From a virus: DNA of 33,012 nt. The stretch covers positions 1 through 33,012 of IMG/VR virus record IMGVR_UViG_3300045988_152528; one strand, written 5' to 3'. This document shows, piece by piece, positions 7,785 to 15,554 of the stretch. The notes below the pieces were generated by a model. It was not told the DNA's origin. It did no database searches and saw nothing but the letters and a program-made list of their open reading frames with translations. Made by a program: the position numbers and the translations under genes. Numbering within the stretch: the first letter of the stretch is position 1; each line of letters opens with the position of its first letter.

Positions 7785-7973
7785 GTGGACGAAAAAAATA
7801 AAGCCGAGATGGCAAAATTAGCAGAAAAGGCACACAAAGAGGCCACGGAGAATTGGACTGATGGTACTATGGAATGTTTTTGGTTTGATAACGATGGAAA
7901 TCTATGCATCAGATACAGCAGTGTCAAATGGTGGCACTATAAAGGAACAAAAGAAGGTTATGAATGGTGGTAG
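7785..7973 (+). CDS. Hypothetical small Trp-rich protein (62 aa, GTG start).
   Basis: Preceded by the conserved atttagaGGAGGaacag junction motif. Confidence 0.55.
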   Translation: MDEKNKAEMAKLAEKAHKEATENWTDGTMECFWFDNDGNLCIRYSSVKWWHYKGTKEGYEWW

Positions 7974-8074
7974 ACAAAATTTAACAAGAGCCGAAAAAGA
8001 AAAAGGCCCAGCACCCTGAAAAGCACTGAGCCGAGCTGTATACACAGCAATCACCTGCTTAAAGTATACGGCAA

Positions 8075-8118
8075 ACGGCCCTGAAAGTCAAGAAAAAGAG
8101 ACAAACAGGGCCGTTTTA
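8075..8118 (+). other. 9-bp GC-rich stem with a 22-nt loop and a T-run, just upstream of rep. Either a terminator or an origin hairpin.
   Basis: acggccctg (8075-8083) pairs with cagggccgt (8106-8114), followed by tttaat. Confidence 0.35.
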
Positions 8119-8158
8119 ATACTTGTTATACCCATTAAACATAGGACAGGAGTAGGAC

Positions 8159-8974
8159 ATGCCGTATTTAAAAAAGATATGTAAATTGCCCCACCGAATA
8201 GAGGTGGAAGAAGTACATAGCAGCCGTTATGGATGCAAAGGAATAAAGCCCATGCCCCGGCAGAAGAAAACCCCGGAGGAAGTAAAGAAGACAAACGAGC
8301 GAAACCGGATAAAGCGGCTGTACCGGAAAATTGCAATGAATTTTGATTATGGAGATTTCCACATGCAGTTAACATACCGGAAGAACGAGCGGCCGATGCC
8401 GGAGGAAGCAAGGGAGGTGATTAGGGAATTTCTCCGGCAGCTTCGAAAAGTCTACAAGAGCAGGGGACAGGCATTAAAATACATCATCACTACCGAATAC
8501 AAAGATAAAGCAATCCATCACCATCTGATTGTAAACGAAATCGGAATGACTGCAAAGCTGGTACAAAAGACCTGGGGGCGTGGAATTGCATTTATGAATA
8601 CGATTTACGAAGATGGAGACGTGAAAGACCTTGCCTTTTATCTGATTAAAGAATCAAAAAACAGCTTTAAGGACCCGGACACACCAAGTAAATTAAGTTA
8701 TTCGTGCAGCCGAAACCTTATCATGCCGATAGAAAAAGTAAAAATTGTATCAGCGAATACCTGGGCCAAGGAGCCGGTTCCACCGCAAGGCTACTGGATA
8801 CCAAAAGACAGCATCATCACAGGCATATCAAAAGTGACGGGATATCCATACCGGTATTACACATGCGTCCAATACAATCCGGAGACGATGGCGGATGAAG
8901 AAAATTATATCAAACCCAGAAGGAGGCAAAATGGTAATAAAATCAAACCGAACGATAAACCTAAACCGGGATGA
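8159..8974 (+). CDS. HUH-superfamily rolling-circle replication initiator (Rep), 271 aa.
   Basis: HUH motif AIHHHLIVN and a downstream catalytic-Tyr motif AFYLIKESK (YxxK), spaced as in pC194/phiX-type Rep proteins. RBS acAGGAGtaggac. Confidence 0.7.
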   Translation: MPYLKKICKLPHRIEVEEVHSSRYGCKGIKPMPRQKKTPEEVKKTNERNRIKRLYRKIAMNFDYGDFHMQLTYRKNERPMPEEAREVIREFLRQLRKVYKSRGQALKYIITTEYKDKAIHHHLIVNEIGMTAKLVQKTWGRGIAFMNTIYEDGDVKDLAFYLIKESKNSFKDPDTPSKLSYSCSRNLIMPIEKVKIVSANTWAKEPVPPQGYWIPKDSIITGISKVTGYPYRYYTCVQYNPETMADEENYIKPRRRQNGNKIKPNDKPKPG

Positions 8975-9206
8975 ATACCGGAAAATCAAGGGATATAAGA
9001 AAAATGACATGGAGGCTCTGTTAAGCGGAATCTATGACATGGCAATCGAAGATGAACGAGAGGAAATAAGGGCAGAGCTTTTAAAGGAATCCCAGGAGGC
9101 ACTTGAGAAGGCCATTGATATAAAGGGAATTGGCCCGGAGAGAAAAGCAATGATAAGAAGAAAATACAAAGAAGCGATGGAGGAAAAGGAACATGACGAA
9201 ACCTGA
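8931..9206 (+). CDS. Hypothetical acidic coiled-coil protein (91 aa).
   Basis: RBS agAAGGAGGcaaa precedes the ATG at 8931. It overlaps the rep 3' end. Confidence 0.55.
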   Translation: MVIKSNRTINLNRDEYRKIKGYKKNDMEALLSGIYDMAIEDEREEIRAELLKESQEALEKAIDIKGIGPERKAMIRRKYKEAMEEKEHDET

Positions 9207-9480
9207 CTGGACGACAAAAGAGTTTAGAGAGCCTTATTGGCAGCAGGCGAGAGAAATTCTCGCCACATACTCTGAAGAACTGCAAGTTGACACATCGGCA
9301 TTCGGAATTACATCCGGCGGAGCCATTGTCCACCTTGTCCCGGTAAAAAGAAGTAAAAAATCAGAAGCATTGTGGAAAAGGCTGGGTAAATTGAAGGGAT
9401 TTGAGGAAAGGAACAAAGTGATGCACTATACAAAGCCCTCTTTATTGTACGGGACTCTCGCACTCCCACTGAAGGATTAG
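9193..9480 (+). CDS. Hypothetical protein (95 aa).
   Basis: ORF in the operon direction with a coupled start overlapping the upstream stop; RBS ggaggaaaagga. Confidence 0.5.
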   Translation: MTKPDWTTKEFREPYWQQAREILATYSEELQVDTSAFGITSGGAIVHLVPVKRSKKSEALWKRLGKLKGFEERNKVMHYTKPSLLYGTLALPLKD

Positions 9481-9482
9481 AT

Positions 9483-9842
9483 ATGTACGAGGTCGAGATA
9501 AGAATCGGCGCGAACGCCAGTAAATATTGGGGCAAAATGCAGTTCGAGGCCAAAAATCAGATACATAAAAAAGAAATCGAAGGGGAACGAAGTGCATCAA
9601 AGCAAAGCAATACCCTCGAGGCGTTAATATGCTGTCTGAAAGCCTTAAATAAACCCTGCATGCTCAGCGTTTATTCCACCGAAGACTATATTATCAGCGC
9701 ATTCCAGCAGGGATGGTTTAAAAATTGGAAAAAGAATAACTGGAAAAACTCCCATGGAAACACGATCCGAAACGCCGACCAATGGAAAGAATTATGGGAT
9801 TTGCTACAGCCGTATCCACACCGGGTCATGAAAGGTGAATAA
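9483..9842 (+). CDS. RNase H-like protein (119 aa).
   Basis: SNTLEALICCLKALNKPCMLSVYSTEDYIISAFQQGWFKNWKKNNWKNSHGNTIRNADQWKELW matches the RNase HI pattern (nE..A...aL......i.tDS.Y.......W...W..ngW......v.N.dlW..l). The N-terminal acidic residue is not obvious. Confidence 0.6.
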   Translation: MYEVEIRIGANASKYWGKMQFEAKNQIHKKEIEGERSASKQSNTLEALICCLKALNKPCMLSVYSTEDYIISAFQQGWFKNWKKNNWKNSHGNTIRNADQWKELWDLLQPYPHRVMKGE

Positions 9843-10186
9843 TGTCAAGAAGCATTATGGAACCACGCGGCGCCTATGAATGTTATCACTGCGGAGATAC
9901 CCGGAACCTGGAAGAACATCACATCTTTTACGGCACAAAGCACCGGAAACTGTCAGAGCATTATGGATTAAAAGTCCATCTCTGCCCCGGGTGCCACCGG
10001 TACGCAAAAACAGGCGTACACGGAGGAAACAAAGAACTGGACGCCGAGTTAAAACAAGAGGCCCAGGAGCTATTTGAAGAAAAGTACAGTCATGAATTAT
10101 TTATGAAAGTTTTTCAGAAAAACTATATCACAGAAAAGAAACAGCCGATAGAACCCGGTTTTATCTGGCTGCCGGAGGAAGAATGA
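9842..10186 (+). CDS. Zinc-binding, HNH-like small protein (114 aa).
   Basis: CYHCGDTRNLEEHHIFYG...LCPGCHRYAKTGVHG: a Cys pair, HH, then a Cys pair/His arrangement. Confidence 0.5.
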   Translation: MSRSIMEPRGAYECYHCGDTRNLEEHHIFYGTKHRKLSEHYGLKVHLCPGCHRYAKTGVHGGNKELDAELKQEAQELFEEKYSHELFMKVFQKNYITEKKQPIEPGFIWLPEEE

Positions 10187-10326
10187 ATAGGACATGCACA
10201 AATTGCAACAGAGAAGATAGCTGTGACTGGCATGTGGCCGGAGATAGGGCCTGCTGCGAGAACTGGGAGCCGGACATCGAGGAAAAACGCCAGGAAGAAC
10301 ACCGGACAGCAGAAAAAGAATTTTAA
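10183..10326 (+). CDS. 47-aa Cys-rich mini-protein.
   Basis: ATGA start/stop overlap with the upstream gene. Hand translation MNRTCTNCNREDSCDWHVAGDRACCENWEPDIEEKRQEEHRTAEKEF. Confidence 0.45.
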   Translation: MNRTCTNCNREDSCDWHVAGDRACCENWEPDIEEKRQEEHRTAEKEF

Positions 10327-10484
10327 AACACTGTATCGGGCACTCGCCCTTTACATAGCAACCCGTTGACTGTTCGCTCTTTTTGGTTAATATATCACAA
10401 AATGCCACTTAAGCGAACCCTTGAGAGAGGTTAACTGGCCTCTCTCTAAAAAAAAACAAACCTGAAGATTTGGAGGTGAGAAAC

Positions 10485-10799
10485 ATGGAACGATTAACAT
10501 ATTTTACTAGCGAAAAAGAAAGTTGCCAGGTGAAAGGGGCCGATAACTGGACGTGCAAAGAAGTGTGCGAAAATTATGTACGGTGCGATGCATGCCCTAT
10601 TGATATTGCAATGCATCGTCTGGCAGCCTATGAGGATACAGGCCTGGAGCCGGAGGAGATAGAGGAGCTAAAAGAAAAAGGCACAACACAGAAAATGCAT
10701 AAGCCCAACCCTAACGTATATTGCTGTCCGGAATGCGGAGAAGTTCTTGATCCGATATGGGATTACTGTCCGTGGTGTGGACAACATGTAATAGATTAG
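10485..10799 (+). CDS. Cys-rich / zinc-ribbon protein (104 aa).
   Basis: RBS tGGAGGTGagaaac. C-terminal CCPECGEVLDPIWDYCPWCG ribbon. Confidence 0.6.
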   Translation: MERLTYFTSEKESCQVKGADNWTCKEVCENYVRCDACPIDIAMHRLAAYEDTGLEPEEIEELKEKGTTQKMHKPNPNVYCCPECGEVLDPIWDYCPWCGQHVID

Positions 10800-10834
10800 T
10801 TAATCAAAATGAAGATTTAGAGGAGGAACAGTAA

Positions 10835-11014
10835 ATGGATGGGGAAATAAATAGAACGTGCCCAATCTGCGGCAGCAAGTTAAAAGCCGAAGTGTATAGG
10901 ATGGAACACAGTAGGATTGAATACTGCGCTTATTGCGATAGCTGCAATCAGTTTTGTACAGATAACACGTCACCGTCCAGGGTTTTAGAAGAATTAAAGT
11001 GTATAGAAAACTGA
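10835..11014 (+). CDS. 59-aa zinc-ribbon mini-protein, below the ORF-track cutoff.
   Basis: Preceded by tgaagatttagAGGAGGaacagtaa. Hand translation MDGEINRTCPICGSKLKAEVYRMEHSRIEYCAYCDSCNQFCTDNTSPSRVLEELKCIEN. Confidence 0.6.
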   Translation: MDGEINRTCPICGSKLKAEVYRMEHSRIEYCAYCDSCNQFCTDNTSPSRVLEELKCIEN

Positions 11015-11037
11015 AGATTTTCGGAAGGAGGAGAAAA

Positions 11038-11220
11038 ATGAAATGTAAGAATAAACACATTAAGTTATCAGGAATGAAATTTGATAGCAGAAATGGATTT
11101 AAAAGATGTTGCCTGGAAATTATTGTTACCAACGACACAATAGGGAAAACAGTTTCTGTGAATGACGGGGAAATACAATTTACGTTTCCGGCGGATGAAG
11201 TGGCAAACTGGCTGAACTGA
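11038..11220 (+). CDS. Hypothetical 60-aa protein.
   Basis: RBS gGAAGGAGGagaaaa precedes the ATG at 11038. Confidence 0.55.
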   Translation: MKCKNKHIKLSGMKFDSRNGFKRCCLEIIVTNDTIGKTVSVNDGEIQFTFPADEVANWLN

Positions 11221-11240
11221 AGATTTAGAGGAGATGAAAA

Positions 11241-11501
11241 GTGAATAGAAAATGGGTTGAACATGCGGGAGTATATAAACTACTTTTCAGGCCATACGAC
11301 AAAGATATAGAATATGCCGCGATTACACAAGATAAAGATGGCGATTGGATAATTGTTTCAGAACCCTTAAACATTGAATATGACATTCTGGATGTGAAAA
11401 CTGTTGAGGAAGCTAAAGAAGAGGTGGAGGATAGGATTCGAGAAGCGTTGGAGGATGAAGTTGCTTATTATGAAAACCTTCTTAGACTTTTCGAAGAATA
11501 A
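11241..11501 (+). CDS. Hypothetical acidic protein (86 aa, GTG start).
   Basis: Junction motif tgaagatttagAGGAGatgaaaa precedes the GTG. Confidence 0.55.
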   Translation: MNRKWVEHAGVYKLLFRPYDKDIEYAAITQDKDGDWIIVSEPLNIEYDILDVKTVEEAKEEVEDRIREALEDEVAYYENLLRLFEE

Positions 11502-11535
11502 AAATTTTGTATGAGGATATAGAGGAGAGAAATTT

Positions 11536-11760
11536 ATGAGGTTTGAAATTGAAATTGAAGAACAGATAACGCGCAGAAACAGTTATTTTGTTGAAGTGGA
11601 AGACGAGGGAGAAGGAGAAATGCTTCTAAATTCGCTAGAAGACGATGTTAATGATGCAATACATCCGGATGATATTTTATGTGCAATAAAAAAACAGGGA
11701 TATCAAGTGGAAACATTTATCAGAGGGGCAGAGGACGTGGAATACGAAATAGTAAATTGA
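11536..11760 (+). CDS. Hypothetical very acidic protein (74 aa).
   Basis: RBS atagAGGAGagaaattt precedes the ATG. Confidence 0.55.
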   Translation: MRFEIEIEEQITRRNSYFVEVEDEGEGEMLLNSLEDDVNDAIHPDDILCAIKKQGYQVETFIRGAEDVEYEIVN

Positions 11761-11781
11761 CATTTTGGAGGTGAACAGAAA

Positions 11782-11994
11782 ATGAAATATAAAATGCTGA
11801 TAGATGCTAAGGAAGTGACATTAAGTTACCATAATCCAAATTACAAAGAAATGTTAGCAAATGCAATTGACTGTGAAAGATTAGACTACACTGATGCAAG
11901 AGCATTTAGAGTTGTAATCGATAATAAAGAATATAAACTACAAAATCAATATGTACTTTTAAAAGAAAATATAACTCTATATGTTTTAAACTGA
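11782..11994 (+). CDS. Hypothetical protein (70 aa).
   Basis: RBS ttGGAGGTGaacagaaa precedes the ATG. Confidence 0.55.
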   Translation: MKYKMLIDAKEVTLSYHNPNYKEMLANAIDCERLDYTDARAFRVVIDNKEYKLQNQYVLLKENITLYVLN

Positions 11995-12165
11995 AATTTC
12001 CAGAAGGAGGGATTATGAAAAAAATATAATGTCAAAAGGTTTTTATAAACTCGAAAAATTTATTGAACGCCTGGATAACGGCAGGACTAAAAATAATTAC
12101 AGACGGCTCCATGGATTACCGCCAATTAGGCGTAGGCGCTATTGACATTTAAAGGAGAAAGAGCA

Positions 12166-12387
12166 ATGGGAAGAATGTATGGAACATGTTCCGAGTGCGC
12201 AAACCGGCAGCAGGGTAAAAGATATTGGGGGAACCACTTCGGCCCAGGCTGCACCGCCGAACTGGACGGAGTACATCCGTTAGGGTGGGGACACCAGGAG
12301 GAAGACGAAGAGCCGGAGAGGAACGAACGCGGAATGATAGTGTGCAAACCCTGTTATTACTTCAGGGAAGCAGGAGAGGAAGAATAA
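12166..12387 (+). CDS. Cys-containing small protein (73 aa from MGRMYGTCSECANRQ).
   Basis: RBS aAAGGAGaaagagca precedes the ATG at 12166. Confidence 0.55.
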   Translation: MGRMYGTCSECANRQQGKRYWGNHFGPGCTAELDGVHPLGWGHQEEDEEPERNERGMIVCKPCYYFREAGEEE

Positions 12388-12388
12388 A

Positions 12389-12823
12389 ATGCTGAAGGAT
12401 GATTTGAAAGAAATAAAGCGAGAAATGCCAGACGGACTTGAAATACAGACAGGAGCTTGTTCGTTTTGCGGCCAGATGGGACAAATAGAAACGCTTATTC
12501 CGTGGGACCAGGAAAAAGTAAATGAAGCGGTCACAGAATTATGCGATTGCTACGGAGCAAAAGAATACGCCAGAAAAAAAGGACAGAAAGAACGTGCGTG
12601 CAAAGCAATCGAAGAGCAGTTCGGGCAGCAGGCGGATACAGAAGAGGCAGATGAACCCATAAGAAATTTACTGAAACACATTGCTGAGCTAATTGTGGAG
12701 GAAAAGCTTGATTCTGCATCACTGGATATCGGAAACGGATTAAAAGCTAAGTTGTCGATAACATCAAAAGGATGCATAAAAGTGGAGCGTAAGAAAACAG
12801 AGAAAGCAGTACAGGAAGCATAG
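12389..12823 (+). CDS. Hypothetical protein (144 aa) with an N-terminal Cys cluster.
   Basis: Start is 1 nt after the upstream stop; CSFCG...CDC motif. Confidence 0.55.
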   Translation: MLKDDLKEIKREMPDGLEIQTGACSFCGQMGQIETLIPWDQEKVNEAVTELCDCYGAKEYARKKGQKERACKAIEEQFGQQADTEEADEPIRNLLKHIAELIVEEKLDSASLDIGNGLKAKLSITSKGCIKVERKKTEKAVQEA

Positions 12824-12868
12824 AAAAAGAGCCGGGCTATCTTGGCGGATGCGGCCGACTCTAAAACT

Positions 12869-12894
12869 GGATAACTATATTATAACAGTTATCC
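12869..12894. other. 26-bp site of 10-bp arms around a 6-bp spacer, 35 bp upstream of the tyrosine recombinase gene. Candidate core recombination site.
   Basis: ggataactat-attata-acagttatcc. The 10-bp inverted arms have one mismatch. Confidence 0.35.
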
Positions 12895-12929
12895 TCCGAA
12901 AAATCAAATAAAAATAGGAGGACAAGTCT

Positions 12930-13964
12930 ATGATGAGCGGAACGATGAGTGCAAGTATGGTAATCAACAATATCCTTGTAGCAGCGAGTGAGTTTATAAT
13001 ACCTGACCGTATGGAGCAATTAAAATTAATCCTCTATATGAATCTTTGCGATTATACGTTTATCAAGAACGAAGACTCGACAGCAATTGTAAAAAGCGAC
13101 GATGATACGTTTGAGATTCTGCACGATTGGCAGAATCAGCTTATCATAGACGGAAAAACCAGGTCAACCATAAAGCAGTATGGGTACGAGATTAAAAATC
13201 TGCTTCTCTATGCCGGAACCGGAATAAGGGATATCCGGGAAAAGCATGTCATCGGATATCTGACGCGTGGGAAGGTGCAGAAGAAATGGAAAGATAAAAC
13301 GTACAATTCAAAGGTGCGTTCCCTCAGGGCTTTCTTCAAATGGGCTTACGAATATGATGTAATTACTACTGACCCAATGAAAAGAATAAAAGAAACAAAA
13401 GAAGAATATCGCATGGGTTCCATTCTGACGCCGGAGCAGCGCGAGATATTCCGGTGCTGTTGTAAGAATGAACGGGAACTTGCGCTGGTCGATCTCCTTT
13501 ACAGCTCCGGCGGCCGGGTATCAGAGATTATACAGCTTAACCGGGATAGTATTGACCTATCAAACCGGAGAGTAAACATCGTCGGAAAAGGACGGAAAGA
13601 ACGGGAGATCCGGTTCTCTGCGCAAGCCAAAGTACATATCGAAGGATATTTGCGGTCAAGGAAAGATGATAGCCAGGCATTGTTTGTCAGCCAGAAAGCA
13701 CCGCACAAACGACTTAGCGCCGATGGAGTGCGATATATTTTAAAAGCCATACAGAGCCGCGATATCAGGCTGAAGGGTTTGCAGATATCACCACACACAT
13801 TCCGGCGTACGTGCGGAACCGATATGATTAATCGCGGCGCGCCTGCGGAAATGGTACAGAAGAAGTTAGGACACACCAAAGTGGATACAACTTTACAGTG
13901 TTATGCAAAGATTAGCCAGGAGGCGGCCAGAGACGCGGAACGCCGCTATGGAGTAGCAGGATAA
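12930..13964 (+). CDS. Tyrosine site-specific recombinase (XerC/D / phage-integrase family), 344 aa.
   Basis: SAM-like N-domain; GGRVSEI (Arg box I); HTFRRTCGTDMINRG...LGHTKVDTTLQCYAK (HxxR...H...Y catalytic box). RBS atAGGAGGacaagtct. Confidence 0.85.
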   Translation: MMSGTMSASMVINNILVAASEFIIPDRMEQLKLILYMNLCDYTFIKNEDSTAIVKSDDDTFEILHDWQNQLIIDGKTRSTIKQYGYEIKNLLLYAGTGIRDIREKHVIGYLTRGKVQKKWKDKTYNSKVRSLRAFFKWAYEYDVITTDPMKRIKETKEEYRMGSILTPEQREIFRCCCKNERELALVDLLYSSGGRVSEIIQLNRDSIDLSNRRVNIVGKGRKEREIRFSAQAKVHIEGYLRSRKDDSQALFVSQKAPHKRLSADGVRYILKAIQSRDIRLKGLQISPHTFRRTCGTDMINRGAPAEMVQKKLGHTKVDTTLQCYAKISQEAARDAERRYGVAG

Positions 13965-14033
13965 CAAATCAATCATAAACGCCTATGGCGTGCATACAGG
14001 GACGGTTCGGCCGGCCGTTCCTTGAGGTGGAAA

Positions 14034-14300
14034 ATGAATAGAATAGAAAAATTGAAAGAGATAAAGGCGCATCACCAGGAGATGAGCCAGGAAGAGGGCG
14101 ACATTTGGGACAAGGATGTTGCCGCCTTAGAATGGGCGATTGGATTCATAAGAGAAGTTCAAAAAGAAAGGAAGAGGACGTTTGCGGCCAGATGGCAGCA
14201 GGCGACTAACGAGCTGCGCAAACATAAGGATATCATAAGAAATATACCAATCGTTCAAAAAGAACCGCCGGAAATATCGAAGGAGGAAAAATGGAATTAG
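14034..14300 (+). CDS. Hypothetical protein (88 aa).
   Basis: RBS tGAGGTGGaaa precedes the ATG at 14034. Confidence 0.5.
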   Translation: MNRIEKLKEIKAHHQEMSQEEGDIWDKDVAALEWAIGFIREVQKERKRTFAARWQQATNELRKHKDIIRNIPIVQKEPPEISKEEKWN

Positions 14301-14695
14301 AAAAGCTCTTCTCGGTTCAAAAAGACATGAATAAGTTAAAGTCACTTTATCAGGAAATGGCTGCCCACGAAAGCTTTAATCCATATAAAAAGAATATAGC
14401 CTCTGATATGCCAAAGGGAGCAGGAAGGAAAAGCTTTGGGGAATGGTACATCGAAGAAAAAGAGCGTATTGACAGAGAGGTCGAATATTACAAGGAGAAA
14501 TTGCAAGTAGACAGAAGGGAGCTGGACGAATACATAAGTACGGCGCCGTTTCCCGAATGCGATATAATACAATACAGGGTGATAAATGGAATGAATTGGG
14601 AAAAGATTGGAGATTTGATAGGAATGGATAGACGGACTGCGTCCAGGATATTTTACAGATACGTAAACTTGCCCACAATGCCCGTAAGAAAATGA
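14291..14695 (+). CDS. Sigma-70 region-4-like HTH protein; likely a late-gene activator (ArpU/RinA/DUF1492-like position).
   Basis: C-terminus DIIQYRVINGMNWEKIGDLIGMDRRTASRIFYRYVNL. It sits directly upstream of the HNH and terminase genes. Confidence 0.6.
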   Translation: MELEKLFSVQKDMNKLKSLYQEMAAHESFNPYKKNIASDMPKGAGRKSFGEWYIEEKERIDREVEYYKEKLQVDRRELDEYISTAPFPECDIIQYRVINGMNWEKIGDLIGMDRRTASRIFYRYVNLPTMPVRK

Positions 14696-14820
14696 TATAA
14701 TGATACTATGTAATAGTTCACGATGAACCTCCTTTTCGAAAGGCGCTTGCGCATAATGTGCAGGTGCCTTTTGCGTATCGGGAAAAGAAACAACATTGAA
14801 AGAAGAACTGGAGGTGGAGC

Positions 14821-15129
14821 ATGGCGAGAGAGTTCGCACGTGAATTTTACGACAGCACTGAATGGAAACTATGCAGGGATAGATATGCTAAGAGCGTTGG
14901 GAGACTATGCGAAGAATGTTTGAGGCAGGGAATATATAAGCCGGGAAAGATTGTGCATCACAAAACGGAGATAACACCGGAGAACATTACAAAGCCGGAG
15001 GTCACGATGTCATTTAACAATCTCGAACTGGTGTGTATGGATTGTCACGCGAAGCTACACGGAAGGAAGAAGAGATATTTTGTGGATGAGTTTGGAAATG
15101 TGACAACGACTCCCCCCTATTCAAAATAA
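14821..15129 (+). CDS. HNH endonuclease (terminase-associated), 102 aa.
   Basis: CEECLRQG...HHKTEI...NLELVCMDCHAKLHG. RBS ctGGAGGTGGagc. Confidence 0.85.
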   Translation: MAREFAREFYDSTEWKLCRDRYAKSVGRLCEECLRQGIYKPGKIVHHKTEITPENITKPEVTMSFNNLELVCMDCHAKLHGRKKRYFVDEFGNVTTTPPYSK

Positions 15130-15212
15130 TTTGTGAAAGAAAATTTCACCGAGTCCCCTAGAATGATATTCCGCTCCCATGCGCGAAGGACCCCTACCCA
15201 GGAAGGAGGAAA

Positions 15213-15554
15213 ATGGCAGCAAAAATAGTGACAGAAAAATCAGAGATAGCGAGACTTACAAAGATTTATAAGAACTTGCCGCCGAATAAATTTGCGGTGG
15301 CACAAGGGTTGATTGTGCAAGCGGCAAGACTCCGGGTAAGGCTAAATCAACTATGGGAAGACATTCAGGAGAACGGAGAGACGGAACGCTTTACACAGTC
15401 TGAAAAGACGGAGCCATACGAACGGGAAAGACCGGCGGCCAGACTGTTTACTTCGACGGATAAAAATTATCAGGCGATCATCAAACAGCTAAACGAACTT
15501 ACACCGCCCAGCAGTAATGAGGGAAAGCTGAAGGAGCTGATGAAGGATGGATAA
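15213..15554 (+). CDS. terS: Terminase small subunit (P27-family-like), 113 aa.
   Basis: Position immediately 5' of TerL; LPPNKFAVAQGLIVQAARLRVRLNQLWEDIQENGE pattern. RBS GGAAGGAGGaaa. Confidence 0.75.
   Translation: MAAKIVTEKSEIARLTKIYKNLPPNKFAVAQGLIVQAARLRVRLNQLWEDIQENGETERFTQSEKTEPYERERPAARLFTSTDKNYQAIIKQLNELTPPSSNEGKLKELMKDG

Noticed and set aside
10420-10462. The hairpin gagagagg-ttaactgg-cctctctc as an intrinsic terminator.
   Set aside because: On the + strand it is followed by an A-run. On the minus strand the T-run precedes the stem. Neither strand gives a canonical terminator.
10800-11264. The 154-aa minus-strand ORF.
   Set aside because: It is antisense to three + strand mini-genes that each have the conserved junction motif and RBS. 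Its sequence is low-complexity and hydrophobic, and it has no RBS.
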